Positions 42,653 to 52,611 of a stretch of 64,000 bases of DNA are shown here, one piece after another. The notes below the pieces were generated by a model. It ran no database searches. It had not been told where the DNA came from and saw nothing but the letters and a program-made list of their open reading frames with translations. Position 1 is the stretch's first letter. Every line of letters begins with the position of its first letter. A program made the translations under genes and the position numbers. Source of the DNA: a virus (Duplodnaviria > Heunggongvirae > Uroviricota > Caudoviricetes); IMG/VR virus record IMGVR_UViG_3300021255_000114, positions 103,942 through 167,941 of that record; one strand, given 5' to 3'.

Positions 42653-43279
42653 ATGCTTGACATAAGGAAATTAAAATTTATCAATCAATATAACCCAAAG
42701 AAAGGTGGTTCATTGTACGAGGCTATTGAGCGATGGCCGATGCGTATGTGGAACGGATATGTTGTTTTGGAACATGATTCAAGTGCACGTATAACAAATG
42801 GTGTTATTAATCATACGGGACATCAACAGAATGCCTATTCCAAGAATTCTGACCTTGGAAACTATTTTTGGGCTTCAGAACCCGGTACAGACCAATCAAA
42901 CGGCGGCTCATACAAGTACTATTGTCTTGTTAAACCTGAGTTGATATACAATATAGACGAAGACCCAAAAGGTTATGGTTCGACACCTGAGGCTTTGGAA
43001 CACGAGCAATATGTCGCTGGCCAGTGGAGGGATGGCGCAATTGCCGTTATGACTTTGCACCCGACACCAATATCCTTTATAGAACATCACGATATGTATG
43101 GAGATGGCGGCGGAATCTATGATGCCAAATGGCATATGTTGAGGTCAGCATCACTATCCTATTATAAACGCAAAAACATGGAAAACGCAAGGAAAATTAA
43201 ACGTTACCAAAATGTAGAAGTACCTGATTTTCTTGGTGGATATGATTATAATCAACTTATATCGGCGCCGGGTTATTAA
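42653..43279 (+). CDS. Hypothetical protein, possible ART-like fold
   Basis: LEHDSS...GNYFWAS weakly resembles ART H-x-S / G-x-Y motifs. Confidence 0.5.
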   Translation: MLDIRKLKFINQYNPKKGGSLYEAIERWPMRMWNGYVVLEHDSSARITNGVINHTGHQQNAYSKNSDLGNYFWASEPGTDQSNGGSYKYYCLVKPELIYNIDEDPKGYGSTPEALEHEQYVAGQWRDGAIAVMTLHPTPISFIEHHDMYGDGGGIYDAKWHMLRSASLSYYKRKNMENARKIKRYQNVEVPDFLGGYDYNQLISAPGY

Positions 43280-43403
43280 AACAAATTTTAATTATTCGGT
43301 TTGGCAACATTTAATGAAACTATAGTATATTTGAAGAAGAACAAAAGAGGTTGATTTATTGAAATTGCTGCCTCTTTAATAATAACGCTAAAATTCTAAT
43401 AAC

Positions 43404-44576
43404 ATGTATAAAAGAACAATCGTCAGTGAGTGTGTCACCAATGGGCACCCTGACAAAATCGCGGATCGTATTGCGGACAACATCCTTAATGAATTCAACA
43501 AAGTTGATGCAAATGTCCGTGCAGGAATTGAAGTTATGGTTAAGGACAACATTGTCGTGTTGGGTGGAGAAATCGGTTCAACTGGTACAGTCAATTACGA
43601 TGCTATTGTAAGGGACGTGTATAGTGACTTAAGTTTTCCGGTAAACCATGGACTTACTCCAGATAACATAAAAATCATAAACCTTATCGGTAAGCAGTCC
43701 CCTGAAATCCATAATGGTGTTGATGGGGGTATGGATATTGGTGCAGGTGATCAGGGCTTTGTTTGTGGTTATGCCACCAACGAGACACCGGCATACCTTG
43801 GTCTTGGCCACTACATTGCAAAATGCATATGCAAATTTATTGAGGGAAGCATATCTATGGGACCTGACGCAAAATCACAGGTAATTGTTGATTATGATGA
43901 GGATGGAAATGCGCACCTAAATTCAATTCTCGTATCAACAATGCACAATGACGCATTGGAGAATCTTGAGGATGTACGAGCCCGCATTGAGGAATACATC
44001 AGAAAAAACTTCATTGGGGTTAGTCAGAATATTTTCAACAACCACATTAACCAGCCGGGATGGAAACTCGACATCAACCCATGCGGTGCATGGCATATTG
44101 GTGGCCCTGTTTCCGATTGCGGTGTAACAGGCCGTAAAATCGTAGTGGACCAATATGGCGGTTATTGCAAAGTTGGAGGCGGGGCATTTTCTGGTAAGGA
44201 TATGACAAAGGTCGACCGTTCAGGCGCGTATATGGCCCGCTATCTTGCAAAGAATATTGTTGCATCAGGAGTATGTGACTCTGCCAAGGTTGAATTGTCT
44301 TATATGATTGGAGTCCCTGAACCTTCATCAATGTATGTATGGATGAACCGTAATCGCGAACTTGAAGATAAGGTGATTAAGAGTATCAAGGAAAATGTGA
44401 GCCTTACCCCAAGTGGCATAATCAAACGTTTTGGTGTTAGTGACAAACGTTATAGTGCCATTGGTAAATTCGGGCATTTCGGGGTTCCTGAAATATATTT
44501 CTATGGCAATAGTTCTGTGTATGACATATACCCTTGGGAAAAAACCGATATTAAAAACATTTTTGAAATATGTTAG
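43404..44576 (+). CDS. metK: S-adenosylmethionine synthetase
   Basis: GHPDKIAD, GAGDQG, DCGVTGRKI, GGGAFSGKD.TKVDRS. Confidence 0.95.
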   Translation: MYKRTIVSECVTNGHPDKIADRIADNILNEFNKVDANVRAGIEVMVKDNIVVLGGEIGSTGTVNYDAIVRDVYSDLSFPVNHGLTPDNIKIINLIGKQSPEIHNGVDGGMDIGAGDQGFVCGYATNETPAYLGLGHYIAKCICKFIEGSISMGPDAKSQVIVDYDEDGNAHLNSILVSTMHNDALENLEDVRARIEEYIRKNFIGVSQNIFNNHINQPGWKLDINPCGAWHIGGPVSDCGVTGRKIVVDQYGGYCKVGGGAFSGKDMTKVDRSGAYMARYLAKNIVASGVCDSAKVELSYMIGVPEPSSMYVWMNRNRELEDKVIKSIKENVSLTPSGIIKRFGVSDKRYSAIGKFGHFGVPEIYFYGNSSVYDIYPWEKTDIKNIFEIC

Positions 44577-44860
44577 CAAAAACACCTTTGACCGTAGAAT
44601 ATTTGGAAGAACATGGATACATCCATGATGTCGAACTTGAAGAATGCTATCAAGAACACGGTAGATGTGGATATCTTATTCTTAGTTCCAACGATAATCG
44701 GATTATATTGCGGAATAAAGCGAACCTTCCATCAACTTATGAATATCCCGCATGGAATATTCATCTTGACAACGAGGACATGGAGACCATTGCCAGTTTC
44801 GATGTGAACAGCCTTGAAGATGCAAATACAATACTTGGAGTGTATAATTTAAAAATTTAA
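44570..44860 (+). CDS. Hypothetical protein
   Basis: Overlapping-operon ORF. Confidence 0.55.
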   Translation: MLAKTPLTVEYLEEHGYIHDVELEECYQEHGRCGYLILSSNDNRIILRNKANLPSTYEYPAWNIHLDNEDMETIASFDVNSLEDANTILGVYNLKI

Positions 44861-44865
44861 AGAAT

Positions 44866-45300
44866 ATGTTGAAAAACGAAATTGATGCGTTAATCCAAAA
44901 CGCAATGAAAACTGGAGATGAAACAAGGTTGAATACGCTTAGAATGATCAAGAGTGCAATGCTTGTTCTTGAGAAATCGGGCGAAACATATACCGAAGCC
45001 TCTGAAATGAAGATGCTTATAAAAATGAAATCCTCAGTTGAGGATTCCATTAAGCAATTCACTGATGGAGGTCGTCTTGATCTTGCCGAAAAAGAGAAAA
45101 ACGGATTAAAGATTCTTTCAGAATTTCTTCCAAAAGAAGCAAGCGAAGATGATATTAAGGATTATACCAACGAAATAATCAACGGTCTTGATCACCAGGT
45201 TTCTATGAAGGACATGAAGAATATCCTCTCCGAGGTGCAGAAAAAGTACCCCACCGCAAACGGTAAAATTGTTTCAGAAGTAGTCAGAAATAGGTTATAA
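44866..45300 (+). CDS. GatB/YqeY domain protein
   Basis: AMK.GD..RL.TLRMIKS...F..GGR.DLAEKE...FLP...MKDM. Confidence 0.85.
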   Translation: MLKNEIDALIQNAMKTGDETRLNTLRMIKSAMLVLEKSGETYTEASEMKMLIKMKSSVEDSIKQFTDGGRLDLAEKEKNGLKILSEFLPKEASEDDIKDYTNEIINGLDHQVSMKDMKNILSEVQKKYPTANGKIVSEVVRNRL

Positions 45301-45385
45301 AAAATAAAACTCAAGGCAAAAATATATATAGAAATAGTATATTTGCCTTGAGTTTGAATTTAAATAATAAAAAAAATTAAGAAAA

Positions 45386-45598
45386 ATGAATTACCCTTAT
45401 TTAGGATTTAAGGTTGTGAATGACAAAAACAATGTTGTCTTTTTCACAGGAGAAAATGAAGGTGTTGTCGTGCTTGACGAGACCATGGTAGATGGAATGA
45501 CCTTTGGAACCAACGGAGAATTTAACGAAGATGAATATGATTTCTTGCCTGACAATGATGGAAATGGAAACGAACTTTGTGTAAGATTATCTAACTAA
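45386..45598 (+). CDS. Hypothetical protein
   Basis: ORF after TAGTATATTTG motif at 45335. Confidence 0.55.
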   Translation: MNYPYLGFKVVNDKNNVVFFTGENEGVVVLDETMVDGMTFGTNGEFNEDEYDFLPDNDGNGNELCVRLSN

Positions 45599-45610
45599 AT
45601 ACTATAACAC

Positions 45611-45913
45611 ATGAATATTAACGAATATAACGAACTTGTCAAGAGTAATCCATTGACAATTACAAAATTGGGTGCAGAATGGTGTGCACCTTGCAAGGTT
45701 TTGGAACAAAAGATAGAGGGTTTAAAGTCTCAGTTGTCTGATGTGAATTTTATAATGGTGGATGTTGAGGATGAACCGGAAATTGCAAGTTATCTTCGCG
45801 TAAGAAACGTACCCGTGTTACTTTACTATAAAGACGGTGAATTGAAGGACAAGACTGTTGGTTTGGTAAGTGAAAGCACTATTCTCGAGAAAATTGAGGC
45901 ACTGAAGGGATAA
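45611..45913 (+). CDS. Thioredoxin
   Basis: WCAPC active site, cis-Pro NVP. Confidence 0.9.
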   Translation: MNINEYNELVKSNPLTITKLGAEWCAPCKVLEQKIEGLKSQLSDVNFIMVDVEDEPEIASYLRVRNVPVLLYYKDGELKDKTVGLVSESTILEKIEALKG

Positions 45914-45917
45914 TAGA

Positions 45918-46874
45918 ATGGGTAAAAAGGATATAATAAAAAGCATTTCGTACAATCAGCATAAGATAATTAAAGACATTGCTGATTTATACAATGATGG
46001 TGAGACTGAGTTTGACCTTGATATCACCTATTCAGAAGGTAAATTTTATGGCGGACATAACTATGTTAATGAGAATGGCGAAAAAGAAACGCTTTTAATC
46101 AAACAACCGAAATACAAATGCGATGTAGCACCTCAATTTGATGACGTGATTGCCATAGATCCTTGGGGTAGTTTGCCGTTTGATGATGCTTCAATTCAGA
46201 CAATATTTTTCGACCCTCCATTTATTATTTCACCTAGGACATGCCCAAGCCTTTTGGAGGATACGAATAACAATTGTAAGACATTCCGTAGATTTAGCGG
46301 GTACTATCCTGTAAATGAACTTTTGGATTCATATAAGCATTGGATGGAAGAGTGCTTTAGAATACTCAAGCATGATGGCTATATGTTTTTCAAATGTCAG
46401 CCTACCGTTACCGGTTCTAAAGAACTCAATTCACACCATTGGATATGGTTTGTTGCAGAGTCTTTGGGTTTTGACCTTTTGGATGAGTTTGTCCTTTTAA
46501 CAAAGCAACGCCTGATATCGGGTAAAGTGGATAAACAACAACATGCGAGGAAATTCCATAGTTATTTCTATGTTTTAAAAAAGTCCACAAAAAAGAAAAT
46601 ACCATATCTCAATTTCATGAAAAATGAAGAGATTACTGTGTTTGTTAATTCTTTTATTGAGAACAATAAAGGTAGAAAAAACGGTGAAAACTTGAAATAT
46701 CGGAATGAGATAAAGCCGCAGACCCATGTTATGACAAGAAATGAGAAAGAAAAGTATTTCTGTGGCAAAGAGAATGAGGAAACGGATGGTGGCAATGATT
46801 TCCCTGATTATACACCGCCATTGAGCATCATGGAAAATGCCTCTGAAGAATTATTGAAAGAAGATAATTTTTAA
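45918..46874 (+). CDS. Putative amino-methyltransferase
   Basis: DITYSEGKFY SAM loop, FDPPF, ECFRILK. Confidence 0.7.
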   Translation: MGKKDIIKSISYNQHKIIKDIADLYNDGETEFDLDITYSEGKFYGGHNYVNENGEKETLLIKQPKYKCDVAPQFDDVIAIDPWGSLPFDDASIQTIFFDPPFIISPRTCPSLLEDTNNNCKTFRRFSGYYPVNELLDSYKHWMEECFRILKHDGYMFFKCQPTVTGSKELNSHHWIWFVAESLGFDLLDEFVLLTKQRLISGKVDKQQHARKFHSYFYVLKKSTKKKIPYLNFMKNEEITVFVNSFIENNKGRKNGENLKYRNEIKPQTHVMTRNEKEKYFCGKENEETDGGNDFPDYTPPLSIMENASEELLKEDNF

Positions 46875-46887
46875 AAAATAACGTAAC

Positions 46888-47106
46888 ATGAGCACATACA
46901 GAAGATTTAGACTTGTTCAGGATTACACATGCGAATGCGGAACCTTGATGGCCGGCAGCGATATTGATGTCCTTGGAGACAGAATTATGTTCAATGGGGG
47001 AATGATAGAACCTCAATATTATGATATTCTTAGGAACTTGATCACTGACCCGGAACTCAGCAAGAAATATGTCAGAGAAGTGCCAGTTCCATATAACAAA
47101 ATTTAA
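46888..47106 (+). CDS. Hypothetical protein
   Basis: Operon ORF. Confidence 0.55.
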   Translation: MSTYRRFRLVQDYTCECGTLMAGSDIDVLGDRIMFNGGMIEPQYYDILRNLITDPELSKKYVREVPVPYNKI

Positions 47107-47117
47107 AAAAATTAAAG

Positions 47118-47468
47118 ATGAAAAATATTGAAGAACGCATTAATGAATTCATGAAGTATCCCAAAAAAGCGCTTGCAGTACTTCTTGCAATTTCCGACAT
47201 TGAAAAAGAAACATTGGAGGATGATAATACTGTAACCGAGTTTTTCAAAGAGGAATTACGAGGGCAGCATGCATTAACGAATGGCCAATATTATGATTGC
47301 TCTGATTGGAGCCATTGCGGTAATCCACACATGGATTGCATTAATTGCCCGTTGAGATACAAACCCGGTAACTACAGTATTAATACCAAAGGAACCTTTT
47401 CTAATACAACATATAAGGAAGGGGACGGACAATTTGCCGGTATTGATCAGTATCAATTTACTTGTTGA
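47118..47468 (+). CDS. Hypothetical protein with Cys cluster
   Basis: C...HC.NP..DCINCP. Confidence 0.55.
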   Translation: MKNIEERINEFMKYPKKALAVLLAISDIEKETLEDDNTVTEFFKEELRGQHALTNGQYYDCSDWSHCGNPHMDCINCPLRYKPGNYSINTKGTFSNTTYKEGDGQFAGIDQYQFTC

Positions 47469-47471
47469 CTT

Positions 47472-48113
47472 ATGGGCAAACAGGAACCACAACACCATTT
47501 CAGTGATGGGTCAAAAGTATATCTGACAAGCGATCATCATTTTAATCATGGGAACATAATGAAGTTTTGTAAGCGTCCGTTCAACTCCGTTGAGGAAATG
47601 AACGAGGCGCTTATTGCCAATTGGAACAATAAGGTTCCTGAGGACGGGGTTGTTTTTCACCTTGGTGACTTTGCTTGGGGGCCGATTAGCCAATGGCGCC
47701 CGATTGTGGAACGGCTTAATGGCAAAATCATATTGATTAAAGGCAACCATGACACCAGTCAACTTAAAAGTCAGGCGCAGTTTGATGAATTGTTTGAATA
47801 CAGTACAATGCAGATGTTAATAGAGGTTGAGAAACGCAAATGCTACCTTAACCATTACCCTTTTCTTTGTTATGCGGGTACATATCGACCTGATGATCAG
47901 TTGGTATATTCGGCATTTGGACACGTTCATATGCGCCCTAATGACACAAGCGCGGATGCCCCAAGACTTAAAATGCTGTTTCCAACCCAATATGATGTCG
48001 GTGTGGATAATAACAACTACACCCCGATTTCATGGTATGAATTTGATGCAATTATAAAAAAACAAATCGAAAATAATAAAATAGAATATAAAGGGATACA
48101 CGATGACCAATAA
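47472..48113 (+). CDS. Calcineurin-like metallophosphoesterase
   Basis: SDHHF, LGDF, GNHD, GHVH, DVGVD. Confidence 0.85.
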   Translation: MGKQEPQHHFSDGSKVYLTSDHHFNHGNIMKFCKRPFNSVEEMNEALIANWNNKVPEDGVVFHLGDFAWGPISQWRPIVERLNGKIILIKGNHDTSQLKSQAQFDELFEYSTMQMLIEVEKRKCYLNHYPFLCYAGTYRPDDQLVYSAFGHVHMRPNDTSADAPRLKMLFPTQYDVGVDNNNYTPISWYEFDAIIKKQIENNKIEYKGIHDDQ

Positions 48114-48855
48114 ACAATTATTAGAAAAGCGATTCTATCCTGCAATAGAGGAAATGTACACTAAAGCACAGACGGTTTTTCCAAAAGATGAACTGCCTGA
48201 AGGTTTCAAATTTACATTTGAAAATTTAGTGAAATACGCACCCTATATAAATGGGAAAGATGGACAAAGACAATTTCCTTTGGAATTCTTCTATCTTCCC
48301 ATGGAAGAATATGATAAAATAGTAAAGAAAGCAACAAGGGGTTTACGTTGGTATTATGTATTTCCATATCGTTCAGAAATCGTTTATTCGGATGAAGAGA
48401 TAGAGGAAATGAAAAAAAAGATAGAGGAATATAAAAAGGAACCTGATAAGAATTATTGGGCATTATATAACCTTAAGGAAAAAGTAACACAGAATGACGA
48501 ATATAAGCGTAGGAATGCGCTTTGGCATGAATACTATGGTAAATTAAAAACAATACAAGAGAAACTTGATAGTGGTGAGATAGACAGGAAAATCTACAAG
48601 AACGAAACAAAGGCGCTTTATACTGAATATGGGTGTATAAAAAAATCCAGAGATGTTGAGAAATTGACTTTTGAGTTTTTTGATTACGGCCCTAATTCAT
48701 CAGAAGAATTTTTCAATACAATCAAAAGTGCATACAGCGATAAAGATTTTGAATGTAAAGAACGTAATAGAGCTACTAGTGCTGTCCGTATGGCGCATGA
48801 CTTTGTGAATAATATTAAAAACGATACGCCAACAAGCAATGGAAAATCCTATTAA
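48103..48855 (+). CDS. Hypothetical protein
   Basis: 250-aa overlapping-operon ORF. Confidence 0.6.
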   Translation: MTNKQLLEKRFYPAIEEMYTKAQTVFPKDELPEGFKFTFENLVKYAPYINGKDGQRQFPLEFFYLPMEEYDKIVKKATRGLRWYYVFPYRSEIVYSDEEIEEMKKKIEEYKKEPDKNYWALYNLKEKVTQNDEYKRRNALWHEYYGKLKTIQEKLDSGEIDRKIYKNETKALYTEYGCIKKSRDVEKLTFEFFDYGPNSSEEFFNTIKSAYSDKDFECKERNRATSAVRMAHDFVNNIKNDTPTSNGKSY

Positions 48856-49267
48856 GCAATCAAGAAATGAACTGAAGTTGAATTTTCAACAAGTTGTGCA
48901 TGATTATATGTTGGAGTGGTGTAAAAAGCATGAGTACTTTTATGAACCGGATACGTGGGTTGGTGATGATGTTGGTGGAATATGTGCAATAGGCGATTTG
49001 TTCGTCAATTTCGATGATGTTCGGTTTGACATTGACAATGATATACCTGAACCTTTGTTTGAGGAATGGTATTGGTATCGTCTTGAAATTTCGGAATTAG
49101 GTTGTGAGAGAGATGTTAACCTAAAAAGTTACTCAATGGGTTGCCGGCCATATACTGAAGAACAACTTGAGAACATCAGGCAAGCGAAGAAAAACGTTCA
49201 AAAAGCACAGGAAATATTGGAAGATTTAATTAAAAATACGAAGGCAAATGGCGAAGTCAGTAATTAA
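48839..49267 (+). CDS. Hypothetical protein
   Basis: Overlapping-operon ORF. Confidence 0.6.
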   Translation: MENPIKQSRNELKLNFQQVVHDYMLEWCKKHEYFYEPDTWVGDDVGGICAIGDLFVNFDDVRFDIDNDIPEPLFEEWYWYRLEISELGCERDVNLKSYSMGCRPYTEEQLENIRQAKKNVQKAQEILEDLIKNTKANGEVSN

Positions 49268-50042
49268 ACGATTGTTGGTCATCGGAGAACACCCGGATGA
49301 GAAATGCTCAATGTATTCAGCTGATACGGTGGTTGAACCGTATGTGCGTTTTAAATACAGTGACAGGACAAAACTGAGGGATAACCAAATAAAGGCACTT
49401 GAGGGAATACTTAACTCTCCCACCATTAAACTATCTGAGGTACAGAAGGAAATATACAGAAATCTCTATCTTGACACTAAGGAAATGGACGATGATGAAT
49501 TCTATGAGGTTGCAACCGAAGGCCTGAAAGTGGATAATGAAACCGGTGATGCTTGGAGTACAGAGAATCCTAAAGCAAAGTACAAATATCAAAAATGCTA
49601 CGATGCACGACTGAAAGATACTGGAGAGGAGAGTGATTTCATTGATCCGTTTAAACTGAAGGACGGTTCAAAGGCCTATTCAGCAAGGAACGGAGAAATA
49701 GATTGGACAAAGAATCATATGGCGAATACTGAAATATACAAGGCCGCTTGGGAATTGTGCGTTGATGGAAGAGAACCGGAGAATGAAACCGAGGAAACCA
49801 TCAAGAAAAACATGCAGAACAGAAAACAGTATTTTGCTAATTTCAAAAATATGGATGAATATATTAAACACAGTTGCTGTTTTTGGACGAATTGTGTAAT
49901 CACCGAGGACGGAAAATATCACGAACTGGATTACACCATTTCAGATAAAAAATGGATATCTGAATATTTCGATAAATTTATAAAGGGACTCTCTGATGAT
50001 ACACTGCTTACACTTTACGAGGTACGAAGCCTAAATGATTAA
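49248..50042 (+). CDS. Hypothetical protein
   Basis: 264-aa overlapping-operon ORF. Confidence 0.6.
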   Translation: MAKSVIKRLLVIGEHPDEKCSMYSADTVVEPYVRFKYSDRTKLRDNQIKALEGILNSPTIKLSEVQKEIYRNLYLDTKEMDDDEFYEVATEGLKVDNETGDAWSTENPKAKYKYQKCYDARLKDTGEESDFIDPFKLKDGSKAYSARNGEIDWTKNHMANTEIYKAAWELCVDGREPENETEETIKKNMQNRKQYFANFKNMDEYIKHSCCFWTNCVITEDGKYHELDYTISDKKWISEYFDKFIKGLSDDTLLTLYEVRSLND

Positions 50043-50123
50043 CATCTTTTAACAAAAAAAGTTGATGGTATTCGTTATATTTTAGTATCTTTACGTTGTT
50101 GAAAAATTAAAAGGGAAAAAACT

Positions 50124-51278
50124 ATGCGAATACATGATATATTACATGATGATGGGCGTCTTAATTGGGGTGTGATAACGACTATCCCTGAATTCAGGGC
50201 GCTTGAAAATACCCCACAGTCGAAAGAGTGGCATTCAGAGGGAAATGTATGGGAGCACACAAGACTTGTTGTCCATCAAATGGAGCGGATTTTAAAAGAA
50301 GGCGCCCCATTCAGAAACGCTCCTACAGAAGAAGCATTCAAGAAGTATCCTATTAATGAGACAGCCTTACTTGTGGCGGCATTATGCCACGATCTTGGAA
50401 AGGCTACCACAACCAAATGGGATGATGGTTTGAAGGAATATAAAACCAAGAATCACGGTCTTGAGGGTGAGCGCATTACACGTAAACTTTTCTTCAATGA
50501 ACCGGATATCAACCTTCGCGAACGCATATGTTGGCTTGTAAGACAGCATATGGCGTTACATCATATATTCGATATTGATAGCAAGGTTTATGAACGCATG
50601 ATGCGTCTTTATTTTGACCGTGGGAATATCCTTGAATTGTGTTACCTAAATTACGCAGATTCCATGGGTTCAATCAACGATGAATCCCGTAATGGCGATG
50701 ATTTCATAAACAACCGTATTGAACGCGTTTTGACAAGCGATTTCTCCGCCTCCTTGACCCGTTTCGACCTTGAACATCACTATTATGGTGCGATAAATGG
50801 TTCAACAGCCATTTCACCTAAAGTATATGTGATGTTGGGAATTGCCGGCAGCGGTAAAAGTACTTGGATTCAGGAGAACCATCCCGAACTTCCTGTCATT
50901 TCGAGAGACATTATTCGCGAGGAACTTGGGTATGTGAAACACGGTGAGAAGGCAAAATTAGGTAAAAAAGAAGAATCAAAGGTATCTGAAGTGTTTATCC
51001 AGAAAGCCATCAAACACCTTGAGAATGGCGAAGATATTATCATAGATAACCTAAACCTTACCAAGCGCTATCGTGATGCCTATCATAAGGAGTTCCTTCG
51101 CTTTGCCCCGTATTATGAATACGTTTACGTTGAGGCTCCTACAATTGAGGATAATGTGGCCAGAAGGAATGGGCAAATCCCCAAGTCCGAAATCTACAGA
51201 ATGTTGGATAATATGGAATTCCCTGAGCCACATGAATACAATGTCATTCGCTTTATCAAACAGACCGGAGAAAAATAA
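50124..51278 (+). CDS. HD phosphohydrolase + P-loop polynucleotide kinase-like protein (RNA end healing)
   Basis: WH.EG.VWEHT, CHDLGK, HM; GIAGSGKST, SRD.IR, IDN.NL...R. Confidence 0.8.
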   Translation: MRIHDILHDDGRLNWGVITTIPEFRALENTPQSKEWHSEGNVWEHTRLVVHQMERILKEGAPFRNAPTEEAFKKYPINETALLVAALCHDLGKATTTKWDDGLKEYKTKNHGLEGERITRKLFFNEPDINLRERICWLVRQHMALHHIFDIDSKVYERMMRLYFDRGNILELCYLNYADSMGSINDESRNGDDFINNRIERVLTSDFSASLTRFDLEHHYYGAINGSTAISPKVYVMLGIAGSGKSTWIQENHPELPVISRDIIREELGYVKHGEKAKLGKKEESKVSEVFIQKAIKHLENGEDIIIDNLNLTKRYRDAYHKEFLRFAPYYEYVYVEAPTIEDNVARRNGQIPKSEIYRMLDNMEFPEPHEYNVIRFIKQTGEK

Positions 51279-51297
51279 TGGAGAAAATATAAAAAAC

Positions 51298-51534
51298 ATG
51301 TTTAAAACAATTTTAGAGTGTCAGGGTGGAACCGATGATTTGCTTACGGTTTCCCCGGACGGTACGATGAAATGCGCAAATGTTGTTTACCTGGGGGATA
51401 ACCCTATGGATCCTGACAGCGAAGTGTTTCATATTTCAATTACATCATGCGCCATGAATGGTGAACACGAGGTATTCGACAAATTACTCAACAAACAAAT
51501 TAAAGTCATTATCCAATTAAACGAGGAGGATTAA
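51298..51534 (+). CDS. Hypothetical protein
   Basis: ATG at 51298 within ORF 51073-51534. Confidence 0.5.
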   Translation: MFKTILECQGGTDDLLTVSPDGTMKCANVVYLGDNPMDPDSEVFHISITSCAMNGEHEVFDKLLNKQIKVIIQLNEED

Positions 51535-51767
51535 ACATGGGAACACTGATTCTTATTGCCATCGTCGGTGCAGCCGGTTATTACATTGGCAAAAACAACA
51601 AGAAGTAATGGAAGAGAAATGTGCGTACAGAATGGAGCACTTTGGAGTCAAGAACGACGCGATTTGTTGGCTCAAATCAAAAAAGTTAAATAAACCGGTC
51701 AAAACTAACTGCAAGTGCTCCAGATTTAAAAAAGGAAACCTAAACATTTTAACCGGAGAAATATTCT

Positions 51768-52583
51768 ATGGAAATCATTAAAACAGAACACGAAAACCTA
51801 TGCTTCGTTGGGGATATTCATGGGGATTTCACCGGCATATCCGGTATGATGAAATTCTCCAAAATGGAGGATGTTGCCTATGTATTTTGCGGGGATTGTG
51901 GTTTTGGATTTGAATCAATTGAATACTACAATCAAATTTTTAATAAAATAGGGAGAACCGCAAACAAAGTTAACGCTACCTGTTTTTTTGTCCGTGGAAA
52001 TCATGAATCCAAAGAATACTACGATTTTAACTTAATTAATAGGAAACGTTTTAAAACGGTAAAAGACTATACGGTCATCCAAACACATGGTCATAACATA
52101 CTTTGTGTTGGAGGCGCCATGTCCATTGACCGTGTAGAACGTATGGAATACAATGCGGCTTATGTAAGAAAGTATATGCGTTACCATCAGGTTTCTGAAG
52201 AAGAGGCTATACTGAAGGCAAAGAAATGCTATTGGATGGATGAAGCCCCGGTTTATGATGAAGCATCTTTGGACGAACTCAAAGAAAAAGGAATTCAGAT
52301 TGATATCGTGGCAACACACACGTGCCCATCATTCGCGCAGCCATTGGCCAAAAAAAGTATTGAGAATTGGATAAAACGTGATCCGATGCTGGATAACGAT
52401 ATAAATTACGAACGGCTCGTGATGACAAATATATACAACAAATTGCTGTCTGACGGGCATCCACTTCAAAAATGGATATATGGGCACTATCACCATCACA
52501 ACAGCGAATATATTGGTGACGTTAACTTTGTGATGCTTGACAAGGTTAGAAACGGAAAAATGGATGTATTGCAAGTGTATTGA
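51768..52583 (+). CDS. Calcineurin-like metallophosphoesterase
   Basis: GDIHG, GDCG, GNHE, THTCP, GHYH. Confidence 0.85.
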   Translation: MEIIKTEHENLCFVGDIHGDFTGISGMMKFSKMEDVAYVFCGDCGFGFESIEYYNQIFNKIGRTANKVNATCFFVRGNHESKEYYDFNLINRKRFKTVKDYTVIQTHGHNILCVGGAMSIDRVERMEYNAAYVRKYMRYHQVSEEEAILKAKKCYWMDEAPVYDEASLDELKEKGIQIDIVATHTCPSFAQPLAKKSIENWIKRDPMLDNDINYERLVMTNIYNKLLSDGHPLQKWIYGHYHHHNSEYIGDVNFVMLDKVRNGKMDVLQVY

Positions 52584-52611
52584 AAAAAATAAAACGTAAA
52601 AAGCAAAACAT

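Noticed and set aside
42650-42655. In-frame TAG-ATG junction suggesting read-through fusion of 41891 and 42653
   Set aside because: Tight gene packing explains it; would matter only if the 60705 tRNA proved to be an amber suppressor
45307-45355. Inverted repeat AAACTCAAGGCAAA/TTTGCCTTGAGTTT as a mobile-element end
   Set aside because: Single local hairpin overlapping a promoter motif after yqeY; better explained as a terminator or operator
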